Source: Octopus sinensis (lineage: Eukaryota). Taken from it: a stretch of DNA of 64,000 nucleotides. Under the pieces are notes generated by a model. The model saw only the letters and a program-made list of their open reading frames with translations, had not been told where the DNA came from and did no database searches. The translations under genes and the position numbers were made by a program. The stretch covers positions 39,866,001 through 39,930,000 of the forward strand of contig NC_043004.1 in assembly GCF_006345805.1 (NCBI RefSeq). The letters are read 5' to 3'. Positions 1-13,690 of this stretch are shown piece by piece. Positions within the stretch are counted from its first letter, which is position 1. Every line of letters starts with the position of its first letter.

Positions 1-466
1 TTTTAAATGGAGTCACAGTAACTGCCAGTGTTTTTATATAATGGAAACTGCCTTCTTAGAAGGACTGCGATTCAGATACAAAACGATGTCTCTGTATCAA
101 TGCCACAACCACCACCACCACCACCACACGAAACGGAACAATGCGGATGTTTTGTAGGTTACAAGCTCTGTTGCCTCCTCATCAACCAGCATAATACGAT
201 CGATCATACTGTGGACTCATCTGAAATCATTTCCATAATTTTTTGCTTGTGATTCTAAACTTATTGAGTTGTGGAATTCAAGACAGAAGACTTTTGAGAA
301 AATATTCTAAATATAGGTATTATTATCAGGCAAATCTTTAAAACCTTCTAAGTTTGCTCCTTTATATTATTGTAAGTATTGATTATCAATTTTGTTTGTA
401 AACTTTAAAAAGTCTACTCAAATTCTAAACTTATGGCAGTGATACACACACACACACATATCTATA

Positions 467-647
467 TCATCATCATCATTTAAAGTCCGCCTTCTATGCT
501 GGCATGGGTTGCACAGTTTGACAAGATCCTGCACCAGACTTCTGTGTCTGTATTGGTAGGGTTTTACAGCTGGATGGCCTTCCTAGCACCAACCTCTCAG
601 CAGAGTGAACAGAGTGCCTTTTACATGGCACAAACATAGGCAAGGCC
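467..647 (-). mobile_element. RTE-type retroposon 3' tail (family R), degenerate
   Basis: Reverse complement of the ...aggaagggcatccagctgtagaaac...ccatgctagcatggaa..ggacgttaaatgatgatg tail seen many times in the window. Confidence 0.7.
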
Positions 648-656
648 ATATATATA

Positions 657-804
657 TATATAAGAATTTTTTGCGTAATAAGATAAAAAAACAGGGCTGT
701 ATAGATAGAGCATTTATAGATAGAAGCTGTAAGACCTTTTATCTATAAATGCTCTATCTATACAGTCTTGGTTTTTTATCTTATTACACAAAAAATTCTT
801 ATAT
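657..804. repeat. ~148-bp near-perfect palindrome (foldback/MITE-like)
   Basis: Arms 657-723 and ~739-804 are reverse complements with 4 mismatches over ~65 bp and a short loop; the element sits in a (TA)n context. Confidence 0.9.
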
Positions 805-998
805 ACACACACTGATATAGAACCAACATTGAACCCTTTATTTGCAATATTACCGAATCTGGAACTTAACTATGGTCTGTCTATAGCACTTATTCAGCAT
901 TATCTGACACCTTTGGGTCTCAATGACACCATCATCTCTTATAACCTCAACTTCTCGCTATTATATATATATATATATATATACATATATATATTTGA

Positions 999-1335
999 TG
1001 AGGAGGCAACACGTGCCACCGTGTCGGTAGCACGTAAAAAGCACCATCCGAATCGTGGCCGAAGCCAGTGCCGCCTCGACTGGCTTCCGTGCAGGTGGCA
1101 CGTAAAATGCACCAATCCGACCGTGGCCGATGCCAGCCTCGCCTGGCTCCAGTGCAGGTGGCACGTAAAAAGCACCCACTACACTCACGGAGTGATTGGC
1201 GTTAGGAAGGGCATCCAGCTGTAGAAACATTGCCAGATAAGACCGGAGCCTGGTGCAGCCTTCTGGCTTCCCAGATCCCCGGTCGAACCGTCCAGCCCAT
1301 GCTAGCATGGAGAACGGACGTTAAACGATGATGAT
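999..1335 (+). mobile_element. Family R retroposon 3' part with internal gtggcacgtaaaaagcacc repeats and (GAT)n tail
   Basis: Near-identical to copies at 17860-18210 and 36390-36545; ends in gttaaacgatgatgat. Confidence 0.85.
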
Positions 1336-1889
1336 ATATATATATTATATATATATATATATGTGAGTGTGTGTGTGTGAAAATTCATTTAAGCATACAC
1401 ATACATACAAACACATGCACGCACACACACACACTGTCTTGCTGTATATTTTTAGCCCTTGCCATAATCTGAAGAGCTCTGGCCTGCCTTCGGTGAAAAA
1501 AGCTAATTTCTTTTTTATTCTAAAATAGTGCTAGGTTTCTTATTCAATTCAACCCTATCGTTGTTTCTGCCAACTGACCCCTATTCAGATCCCTATTAAC
1601 ATTTATCAGAATATGCTTTTATAAACATCAAAACACAACAAGACAATTAATACGTAAAACAGATTTTTTTCTATGTAGATCTTTTGTTAACTTTTGTTTT
1701 ATTTAGTTCCTTTTTCTGATTTTTTTTGTTTTAATTGTGAAACATTTTGTTTTTACAGATTTCAAAATCCAAAGCAGCATTACATAATGATGAATAAGAA
1801 TAAATGAAAAGATGATGATAATTAGAGTAGTACTAATTACATTATTATTATAATCAGCGTAAAAGATTAAGAAACTTTCTCTATTGATA

Positions 1890-2130
1890 TAGATATATGG
1901 ATATGTGAATACATACATATTAATATATGTATATATGAATGTATGTATATGTGTATGTATGTGTACACAGATGTATACATAGTTACATGCACATATGTAT
2001 CTACGTATGCATCTGTGTACATATATATATATAGATATATATACATACATATATGAATACATATATATATATATATGTATGTAATATATGTATGTATCTA
2101 TACATATATGTAGGTATATATATATGTGTG
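1890..2130. repeat. Compound (TA)/(TATG) microsatellite
   Basis: Visible directly in the sequence. Confidence 0.9.
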
Positions 2131-2498
2131 TAGGAACACCTTACCATAATGAGATACTGAGAGTACTAGTTGAGTACCAAACTGGAAAAGTCAGAGTACA
2201 ATGAATACATGATTGCTAAAACCATATTAGTTTGAAATTTTGGGAATATTAATTGTTATCTTATTATAAGTAAAATTATTAGGAATAGTGAAATGGAAAG
2301 AAAAGAGAAAATAAATGAAAAAAAAATTGTCTGTGTATTTTTATACAGTTGTGTGAGTGTGTGAATGTGTGTGTGTGTGCATATGGCTGTATGCGCAACC
2401 CTCTGAATGTGTGTACTTTAAATTTATTTTGCCTATATTCACACACATTATATATATATGTTAATAATTGTTATCATATATACATATATATATGTATG

Positions 2499-2555
<57 letters not shown>

Positions 2556-3477
2556 CATATATATATATATTTTGATAATCGTTATCATATATACATATAT
2601 ATATATACACACACACATATATATATATGTCCATAGATTTTGTCTTGGAGAAGTAGATAACCAAGCATGTTTGTAAAGGAATTTTATTGGTATCTTAATT
2701 TATTGATCACTGAAAGTGGGGGGAATAACAAAAAGTCAAAGCCCACCAGGGCTTGGAACTAAACCCTGTTTTAGGTTTCCAGTATCTATCAGTTCATCAC
2801 CCTTGAACATTTCTATGAATGCATGTTATGTACATTAGATAAGGTTGTAAACTCCAAAATATCATAAATATAATTGTGTGTGTATGTATGTGTAATTGCA
2901 TGTACATGAATATAAATACCTCAAAATTAAAACAATGAAAAATAGTAGATGATTTTTTATTATTAAAGTTAGAAGAGAACAACAAAATATACAGGGCAAG
3001 CAATATGACATTCAAAAAGTTTAGTATTATTATTATTATTATTATCATTATTATTAATCATCATCATCTTCATCATATTCTTTTAGTGGCGTCAGTCATT
3101 GAACCGTGGCCTGGCTGGCGGGGACCGCCTTGAAGAGTTTAGTCAGTTACTTCACCTTAATCAAACATTGGTACTTGTAAATTAATTGATAATTATAGAT
3201 CTAAGAAAGGCGAAAGGCAAAGTTGACCTGGGCAGGATTTGGACTCGTAAATGTGAAGGGACGTTAATCAAATACCACAGGGTATTTAAATACACCAATA
3301 CTTTACCAATTCCAGCATCTGCCTGATTGTTTATTATGCTTCTTATAATTTGTGATAAGAAAAAGAAAAGAAAACAAATAAATAAACATCAAGAACAACA
3401 ACTATCAATTTATGAGAAAAACAAAATTTTAATTCCGAAAGCAATAATAAAGAAAAGATTGTTATTTTGGCATATTA

Positions 3478-3514
<37 letters not shown>

Positions 3515-5000
3515 TATTACTATGTTTGTATTCACTTTCAGCTTTCACCCGACTAATTGGTAGAAATAAGCACTTTCAGTTAGATTGTTTTCTTAGTTAT
3601 TTTGCCTAATATTTTTCGTTTACATTACAAAACTGTCAGAAGATGAAATCCAAGTCCTTATTCCTTGCAGGTATGTCTGTGTGTATATGTGAGTTTTAAA
3701 ACATTAGAAATTAAATTGAAAACATTAAAACTTCAGCTCAATGATGTGGTGGTAGTTGTGCCAGTGTGTTGTTGTTATCTTCCGATGACGGCCCAGTGGA
3801 CTGCTTTGATAGGGCAGATACAGAATTTAAGAAAGCATTTAATCACTGATCTGGGCATGGCTCAATCAACCTATCATTGACGTTGCACTGATGGGGATCA
3901 TATCATACATAGTATATAGAGGACTTATTACATCTGGTTTCCCACAAACAATTTTTAAATGCAGTAGGGGCTAGTATATATAATCATCAGAGTGGTGCTG
4001 TAACTGAGTAAATAAAACCTTACACATATACAAACACACACATGTACCTGGCATGTTCCCATGCACTAGATAGAGCAAGAGCAGGGCTTAGTTAGTGTCA
4101 TCTGGTAACATTACATATATGTATATATACACTTTATTTATGGACAAACAAAGCAACCAATGGTTTCACGTGAAAAGATCTTCACAATTGTTCAAACTAT
4201 TCAAGCATGTCATAAGGAAGTGTTGGTATTCATCTCTATTTTGGAGATGAGTATGAAAACTTCCATGAAGCAGTTGGTTGCTTTGTTAATCCACAAATAA
4301 AGAACATCTACCCACTAATACATATACATATACAGACATGCCTATATCCAAAGTCAGTATGGGCCTTTAATGCAACCTGAACCAAATTCTTCAATATGAA
4401 ACAAAATCTGGTTCGCAGTGCATAATTATATGTCTATATAGGTGTCTAGATATATATCTTTATGGCAGTTGATGATACAAACACACACACATGTTGTGTA
4501 TAATTACAAGCTATCTTTCAAATGGACATTAGTTATAAAGAAAGAAATGAAACAACAACTATACAACAGCAGATTTATGCACCTGTAAAAATGATTTAAA
4601 ATTAAATGGAATTAAAATAGCAGCTAGGATACATTGGTTGATAAACATGCCAATTCCCCACACATCACTGAGAAAAGCAAACCCTGTGTTCCCTTGTATA
4701 AATCATACTTCTTTGATTGTAGTATTTTCTGCTAAATTTTTCTCCACGAATGAAAATATAAACATTGATAAATAAATTTTTAAAATTGCTTTTTAAATAA
4801 CAACACTTAATTCTAAGTCAGAGAATTTGTAATTACTGTAGGAAAAAAAAATTAGATAATTAAAAAAAAAAAAGAAGATAAAACAGAAACAACCGTTTAA
4901 TTTCAAAGTAAACATAAGAAACTCAAAACTGTTCCTGCTGATTCCTGAAAAAGGAGGAATACACACACACACACATATATGTATGCATATGTGTATGTAT

Positions 5001-5058
<58 letters not shown>

Positions 5059-5066
5059 TTAATATT

Positions 5067-5098
<32 letters not shown>

Positions 5099-5836
5099 AG
5101 TTGATTCATATTCTTTAAAACAGAAACAATTATGTTTGAAGAGAAGAAATGACAAATGAGTTGGGGAGTGTGGAATGTTTGTGCTTATGCATGTGTGTAT
5201 ATATGCATGTAGATGCATATATATATATATATACACATCAAATATCTACTTAGGCCTCAAAACACATAAAAAGAGAAAAAAGAAGACAAGTATTTCATGA
5301 GAAGGGGTAAGGAGTAAAAATACAAATATTGTTGTTGATTAAACCTCAGGCCAGTTGTGACCATCCCATTTTATTTATTTTGGACTACATTATCCAATTT
5401 TTTTTTTATTCATTTTAAAGGCTGTATGAGATTTTGGATAGATTTGGCTGTTATTATTTTTCCTGTTGAGTCCACCAACTGCATAGAGACACCTGTATGT
5501 ATGGACGTTTGAATATACTCCCCACAGAATATTTTATCACTTCACTTTTCTAGATTTTCAGTTATACAGATACTCGATATTACACTATATTTGTAATTTA
5601 TTACCATGTGAACTGATAGCCAAGTCTGTAAGAAGAGCTTACTGTGATTACCTGCACAATTCTCAGAATCCATATCTTATATGACCCATTCACATATATA
5701 TATATCACACCCCACACATATACATTGAAAAATATAAATTTGGGGAAATCTTAACTTATACTATAACCAGTTGGATGGTTTCTAACAGAAAAGTAGATTC
5801 CTTTATGATGAATAAAATATAAGATAGGCAAATATT

Positions 5837-6050
5837 TGAACCCTTTTGCATTTAAACCAGTCATATCTGGCCCAAATATTCTACCAGTTTTATCTTCAAA
5901 CTGGCAGGACCCAGCCTCTCACACTTACCCTACAAGATCATTCTAAAAATGTACAACCTCAAAGCTACGAGATAATGCATGATTAATTCAAAACAATGTG
6001 AATAAATAAGCATTAAATTTGACAGAGATATCTGAATGCTAATGGATTAA
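5837..6050 (+). mobile_element. piggyBac-like MITE (family M), degenerate copy
   Basis: Same internal sequence as 31043-31270; ends ttgaacccttttgcat ... aatgctaatggattaa. Confidence 0.7.
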
Positions 6051-8469
6051 AGGGTCGAAGGATTTCTCTTTCTTGTTTGTAGTTAATAGAATCTCAGTTT
6101 AAAGGGAACATGAATGAAATGTGTTCAGTGCCCCACCCACAAACTGCAGAACCAAAAGAGATGAATAATAAAATTAAAAATATAAAACAAAAACCCAATC
6201 ATTTCATCTTCTTTATCATCATGCCCGAATCAGCCAACCAAAGCCCTAGAAAAATGTAGCGTGTCATATACACTTGCACAATTGTTATACTGGCTTATAT
6301 AGTATTTGGATAATTGAGAATGAAAGACGCAGAAAATCATTTTATTTTCCCTATCTTTTCACTTCCATCTTTTTTTTTTATATCTCTAAAACGAGGGAGA
6401 GAGAAAAATAATACTTTGAGATTAAAACTAAAAAAGAAATTCTTAAATATAAATGAGCATATTTGTATGGCTTAATTTAATTAATGTAAATGAAAAATTA
6501 ATTATTTTCTTTTCTTCTTTCTCTTTATATATTAACACACACACACACATGCACTTATGACAAAATACACTTTCATACACACATTTTCAATTATTCCTAA
6601 AGTTGTATACATTCACACCACGCAGATGCATGCATAGAACATTATAAACACAAGAAAATTGTCCCTTAATCCTAAATGCACTTATACACATGCAACCATA
6701 AAACACTAATGCAATATGATATACACACAGACTTACTCCAAAATACAGCCAAACACACTTCTTTACTCTTACATATACACATACAACAGAAAATCATATA
6801 CACACGCATACATATTCCCAATAGCACACATACATACACTATTATTGCTAAATGCCTTCTGATAATAGCTACATACAATATCAGAAACACATCCCTCGTT
6901 ACTTTTGAACATAATCTCATATATAAGAAAAACGAATCTGGTGATTTCAGTGATACATATTCAATTGTTCAGTCAGCTGAATTGCCAGGTCTTTAGTTGT
7001 TGGTGTAAGCGGCTGAGTATTCCACAAACACATGTACCTATTTCTTTATTACCCACAAGGGGCTAAACATAGAGGGGACAAACAAGGACAGACACAGGTA
7101 TTAAGTCAATTACATCGATCCCAGTGCGTAACTGGTTACCAGAGGAAATTTGGGACACTAAATTCTTATTTCAAACGATTTCTTTGTTACCTTGTAATTT
7201 AAAACAAGGGTCATTTAGCTGTTCTAACCTGTTGATACTGACCCACTTTACAGAGTCCCTGCTTCTATGGTACAAACTTCCTGGTTTTAATTGCTCTAAA
7301 TTAAAACCTGTTATAATATCACTTTTATTTATGTTCCAAAACACCAGCTTAATAATAAAGTTGTTTCACTAAATCCTTATTTTCAGAATTAATACAAAGA
7401 TAGTGTATGCATGTATGCAAAAATATGGCTACAAAAGGGTTCAAACAGATGTCACACTCATACAGACAGAAACACATAAAGATGGTTATAGAGCCTTCAA
7501 GCAGTTAGTCACTTGATCTGTTAGAAACAGTAGTAAAAATCTCCCTCAATCCACACACCCCATCATTTTTTTTTAAACAGGAGACATTGGATAATGTAGT
7601 CTGAGGTAAAGAAATCCTGAAAATATGATTTGATGGTCCATGGGTCCATGCATGACTTAAATCATGCCTTTGATCTAGGTCTGCCTGTCCAGGACTACTG
7701 ACCTAGGGGCCAAACAACAACAACAACAACAACAACAGATACATATATGCTATTTATTAGAGAAAGTTACACTAAGGTTCATATGATGCCAGTAGAATAT
7801 TCCGGAGGTTCTGATGGCACTGAAATCAGATTAAGTTCATGCACATCAGTTTGATTAGCATTCTTATTATTAATATTGTTATTAGTTGACAGAAATTAAC
7901 AACAACAACAACCACATCATCTAAATTTATTTATAAATCAAAATACAGACACATACAAAACATCTTACATATACATACCTATAATATTTATATATATAGA
8001 TATACATGTATATATATAGAAGCTATAGGTGTTTACATGGACAAAAATAAGAGTACTCAAGACATATAGTAGAGTGAAAATATATATATGAATTGATCAC
8101 TCCTTTATTGATAACACATCATAACTCCAAGTTTCATATTCAGTTTAAACCAAGCAATCATCAGACAACAATCTACACCTGTTTTTGAAATATCCAGCAT
8201 GGTATTGCAATGTGGATTTAAAATCTTGTAAGAGCCATAACACATTAAATATATGTTATCAGGGGTGAGTTAATTCCCTTGGGTATTTGGACCGAGACGT
8301 GAAAGATGTGAAATTATAAGTGAAAAATCACAGACTGAGTAAAAAAAAGGAAGGAATTAAAAAAGCTATAATAAAATGAGAATGGAATGTTATTAGTATT
8401 AATGAGTATATTGATAAACAATAATGAACTTAGGAGTATCTATTGAAACAGAAAATAGAAAGAGAAAGA

Positions 8470-8835
8470 CTGTACATCCTTCTGTTAAAAAATAAAGTAG
8501 TGATCCGGTCATTGAGATTTTTTAGGAAGTTCTTGTCAAAGTAGAATATTTTTGGTGATAAAATCTGAAATTTAAAAAGAAGACTCTTTTCAGCTATGCA
8601 TAGCTTGCAAACTTTCATACCATTTCTGTATAGCTTGCATCTCACGAGGATCTTCCACTTGACGTCATAAGACACATTTTGTTTTTTGTTTTTCAAAGTC
8701 CAGACATAACTACAAAAAGTTCTTCTATTCTTCCCTTCTATATCTCTGAAAGAAGTATAGTGCTTATGTTCAATGTTAAGGCTTGGTTTGGTGGAGGTGA
8801 CTTTTTTCCCCATTTGTGCTTCTGCATGTATATCT
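8470..8835 (-). mobile_element. Penelope-like element GIY-YIG endonuclease C-terminal remnant
   Basis: Translation HYTSFRD...TFCSYVWTLK...YDVKWKILVRCKLYRNGMKVCKLCIAEKSLL...NLNDR fits the PLE pattern HxxSF..LSxYxWxLK..WxIL..Y..CxLCxxEK..LNxR. Confidence 0.8.
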
Positions 8836-9387
8836 AGCCTCAGGTAATACAACTGACTTACATGTTATGAACTGATTCATATTAGCAGCACAGCTTTAAA
8901 TCAGTTTAGGAAAAGAACCTCGTGTCTAAAATAAAATCTTAATAAACTTACAGAGCATTTCAAATCAATAACTCCAGAAACACAGGAATTGACCAATACT
9001 TAGAATTATCAACAAGATTCTCAATCTCTCTCTCATTTCAGTTTTTCATAGATACTCCTGTATTTATTTTATAACATAATATTCATTTAATACCTTATAA
9101 CTTTTAATTTTTTAGCCCCCTATACTAATTTTCACATAGTTCCTTGGCACTCCTTCTTTGGTTACACTATATTAAGCCCTTCACCTCTATTCCCATTCAC
9201 CCATGCGAAATAACTCCCTCCTAACAATATCATGCTCTTCTAACAACTTTTGGAAATCCATAATACCTAACAATTCAACATAACAAAGCACATGGGCCTT
9301 GGATATATTTAAAATGGATTGAGTTTGTTATTTGAGGATCGTTTAATCATGAAACTTCAAGTAATGATATGTAATCAATAATGAATT

Positions 9388-9424
<37 letters not shown>

Positions 9425-10279
9425 TACACACATCAGATTTGTAAAATTTTGCTTACTAGATATTGGTTAATTCAAGGCTAGGGTTGAAGACACTTGTCCA
9501 AAGTGCCATGCAGTGGGATTGAACTTGGAACTACAAGGTTTGTGAAGTGACCTTCTTAAATAGATAGCCAAGCCTACATCATAACTTAATGATTATGATG
9601 ATGATCATCATCATAACTGTCATAAGACTAGTAAGGCAAGCAGAGTTTTAAAGGTGCCACTTTGGGATCTATCACAACTCCTGCAGTATGGTGGGATCTT
9701 ATCATTTCCTATGAACTGGGAACTTTAACAGGTACTTTGTGAGTGGAATTCAGCTGGATTCGAACTTAGGACAGTTAGGGTTGAAACTAAATGATTTAAG
9801 TATTTAGTCAGTAATCATACTACCATCTCAGTCACCTTAATCACTCTAACAACAACAAGAAAGTTAACATTGGCACAGGGTCAGAAATTTGTAAGGAGAG
9901 TCAATTAAATCAACCCCAGTACACGACTGGTACTTCATTTAACAACCCTGGAAAGATGAAAGGCAATGTTGGCCTCAAAGGTATTTGAGCTCAGAACAGA
10001 GGAACAAAACTAAGTATTGTGAACCAATTTTGTTCAGCGTTCCACTGGGTCTACTGTCCACTAGCCCTTTGTAATAATAAAATACTACTACTACTACTAC
10101 TACTACTAATAATAATAAAAATAATAACGATGATGATTGCTTACATAAGCACAAGTGCAAATGTTTTTTTTATTTCTTAAAAGAAAAATGCAAAAAATCA
10201 GAAAAGCAGAAAAAAAAAATTAAACAGGAAAAAAAACAAACAAACAAAATGTCATTGACAAGAATAATACTTTGATGAC

Positions 10280-10319
<40 letters not shown>

Positions 10320-11098
10320 TGTGTGTGTGTGTGTGTGAGTATAACAGTAATGTGTATGGAAATTTATGACAGTATATGGATGAGGCTGTGTGTGTGTGCG
10401 TGTGTATGTGTGTGCATGCACAAGCTAGTGGTTATTTTCAGGTATTTTAATATCTCCCTTCACCTGAACTTTCCGTGAATTGAATCAAAAGGAAAGGTGA
10501 GTGAGGGGAGGAGGAGGAGAGGGGGGGGGTTACATGGAAATGAACGAATGCACGAGTACACATGAGTGTGTATATGTCCATGTATATATATGTGTGTGTG
10601 TGTGTGTGTGTGCACGCATATGAAAGTGTTTCCAAGAACTTATATTGTTAATGCAAATGGTGGGGGGTGTGGCGGGAGGGGGGGGCGCATGATAGAATGG
10701 AGTCGTGTTAAGAGGATGATGCCGGGATATGAAACTGAGACGAAGAATGGTTTGACAGTAATTTACATCCACCAGTCCTGTAGAAATTCTGTAGAATTAA
10801 TTAGTTTGGTTAGAGAATGGAGAGCGAAGAGTAAGGTAAGAGTAGATAGATAAAGGCAGTGAGAGTTCGCGGGGAGAGGAAGAAAAAGAGCGACTGCATT
10901 GCTGTGTGTGTGTGTGTGTATGTGTGTGTGCATGTGTGTATAGGCAGGAGAGCTTATAAGAGTGTGCATATGAGAGCATGTGTGCAGGAAAGCATATTAT
11001 AATATGCTTATATATATATGTGGTTGGATGCGGCTGTGTGCACATGAGCATGTTGAAAAAGGGAGCAGTAGAGAGAGAGAGAGAGAGGGGGAGAGAGA

Positions 11099-11147
<49 letters not shown>

Positions 11148-11328
11148 AGGTGTGTGTAAAAGGAAAGGAAATTTAAGAGAGAACAGCAAGAGAATTAAAG
11201 ACATTTCTTGTACCAAGTGGACAGTGGTGGTGGTGAAGGTGGTGGTGGTGGTGGGAGGTGGTGGTAGGGATCCATCTGCAATGGATATGTGAGATGTGAT
11301 GAAGAAGATCTACACAGTCACAGCAGAT

Positions 11329-11363
<35 letters not shown>

Positions 11364-12429
11364 TGTCGTCATCATTATCATCATCATGGACCAAGATGTT
11401 CGAAGGTCTCTACATTGTCCCTGCCCCTGCCCCTAAACCCTACTAACTAACCAATATCAGGCAATGGAGAGTCTGACCAGAGAGTGACAAACACGGAAAC
11501 CTTATCTCCACACGGACTAAGCACACAGAAGACAGGAGAAAAATACAGGAGGAGGAGGAGGAGGAGGCAGCAGAAGGAGGTAGGAGGAGGAGGAGAAAAA
11601 TTTAGAAGGGGATAGAGAAACCTCTTGTATTTCTCGTTGCTGGAAATTTGAATAGAATCATTATTATTAGTAGTATTATTTCATATTTTTTTAAGTCTGT
11701 CTTTCTCCCTTGCACACAAAGCCACAACTTGAAACAGCTGTCGGACAATTTGAACAAGCATAAAAAACCTTATAAGACAAACAGAGGCAAACGCTTTCAA
11801 ATGATAGTTACCACTTGTTACACCACACGTTCCTGTTGATGATGGGTATTTTAACAAGTTGCTATCAAAACACTCACACTCACATACATACATACATACA
11901 TACATACACACCGACAGACACAAACATTAAACCTAGCCACTCAAAATTTTTGTTAGGCATTTAAAGAGGTTTATTAAGAACAAATATACAAAATAAACAT
12001 ACATACACACACACACACACATTCACAAATATGCACACTGTTTAACTTACTTCACATTGAGAATACTGAAGCATTTTCTCTCACTGAATTTAAACATTTA
12101 AACTAAGTCACTTTTAACAGAGATTTATTAAGTTAGCTGTTTTATTAATGGTTTAGTAAAAATTAATATAGTAAAAAGCTTAGAATATTTTCCGTTCATT
12201 TTTTTAAAATGTTTTCTTTATGTATGAGATAATTTAATTTTTTGCCCAATTATTTCAGCTTCTGCCTTCCTAATATCCAAGATGACTAAAAATTACTCAT
12301 CATGTATCAAATTGTACCATATGGTGGTATGGTAGATGAGAGGGGTAAAACACACACAATGAATGAAAGAAACAAAGAAAAAAAGTAGTAGGTGATGTGA
12401 AGATAGAGAGAATGAAGAACAAAACAACT

Positions 12430-12445
12430 AGAGGAATATCATATA

Positions 12446-12524
<79 letters not shown>

Positions 12525-12656
12525 TATATATATATCATATATATATTATATATTATCATATATATTTTATATATATATATATATATTATATAATATATAT
12601 ATATATACATATATATATAATATATATATAATATCATATATATATTATATATATCA

Positions 12657-12697
<41 letters not shown>

Positions 12698-12777
12698 CAT
12701 ATATAAGAATTCTTTTAATTAAAAAATATATCTATACACACACATACACATGCATACACACTTCATATATGTATGTG

Positions 12778-12812
<35 letters not shown>

Positions 12813-12858
12813 GTGTGTGTGTATATATATATGTATATATTATATATATATATATATG

Positions 12859-12945
<87 letters not shown>
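12430..12945. repeat. ~500-bp interrupted (TA)n/(TG)n microsatellite
   Basis: Visible directly; source of the spurious YI-repeat ORFs. Confidence 0.95.
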
Positions 12946-12946
<1 letters not shown>

Positions 12947-13329
12947 TTAATGAGAAACTGGTAGTATGAAGCTATAGACAGATAATGAAATCTTAATTAC
13001 AAACAAACAAAAAAAGAAATTAGAAAATATTAGAAGCAGTCATGAATGAGAGATAAAACTCAAAATAATGAAGAGAGAAGGAGAAAGAGGGGAAGAGAGA
13101 AAGAGGGAGGAATGAGATGAAAGGAAGAGGAATGAATAAGAAAGGGAGAGAAAAAAAAAGGAAGAATAATTAGCTAAAAGGGATTAAAGAATGCATACAA
13201 TATCTATGGAAACAGCACAAAACAATAGGCAGTTTGTTAACTTGTTGTTACCATTTTTTGTTTTTTTTTGTTTTTTTTTTTTCTTTTTCATTCTTTTAAT
13301 TTAAATATTTCACTCATTTCTGCTGTAAC

Positions 13330-13690
13330 GAAACACTAGCCAACAACATTTCAAGCCAGGGTTCACCGATGGGAGAGAACTCAGCAAGAAATAACACTAA
13401 CCAATGACATTACAGCAGAAACGAAACACTGGCCAATGGGCAATTTTAAACAAAGACTGCTTCCAATGGCATCACAGCAGGGAAACCAAAAAAAAAAAAA
13501 AATAATAATAATAAAAAAAATTTAACCAATGGCATTTCAGCAGACAAAACACTTGGCCAATGACATTTCAGTAGAAGCAAAACACTGACCAATGGCATTT
13601 GCATTTTATCGCTGAGATATCTTGAGAATAGCTTTATATCCAAGATATGGCCAATGGCATTTGACCGAATAGACTTTTCCCCAATAAACG
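13330..13690 (+). repeat. Degenerate ~31-bp repeat array with CCAATG core (consensus about AACACTGGCCAATGGCATTTCAGCAGA)
   Basis: CCAAT starts at 13401, 13433, 13463, 13526, 13557, 13589, 13651 and 13681. Confidence 0.8.

Noticed and set aside
180-240. Minus acceptor followed by (D)ESTV* (PDZ-ligand-like) or MSPQYDRSYYAG*
   Set aside because: Weak pyrimidine tract; a 5-residue ending cannot be distinguished from chance without RNA data.
829-1308. Overlapping 78-131-aa ORFs, and similar ones at 17750-18151, 25216-25524, 38690-39055 and 44660-45224
   Set aside because: They fall inside family R or SINE repeats; the same pseudo-peptides recur at each copy.
1468-1500. Other CUGANGA matches (1470, 28504, 43084, 47125 minus, 48095 minus, 62846)
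   Set aside because: No closing stem II plus GAAA plus UH plus stem I arrangement could be built.
4900-6270. Further minus-strand acceptor-plus-stop units (exon starts near 4944, 6135, 6250; also near 32171 and 63003), suggesting a series of alternative last exons
   Set aside because: Similar acceptors also occur on the plus strand (e.g. 1758, 18546). T-rich tracts ending in AG are abundant here, so the pattern is unsupported without junction reads.
12397-12969. 190-aa and many other YI/HT/CV/RE-repeat ORFs
   Set aside because: Translations of (TA)n, (CA)n and (GA)n microsatellites with no stop in frame; not coding.
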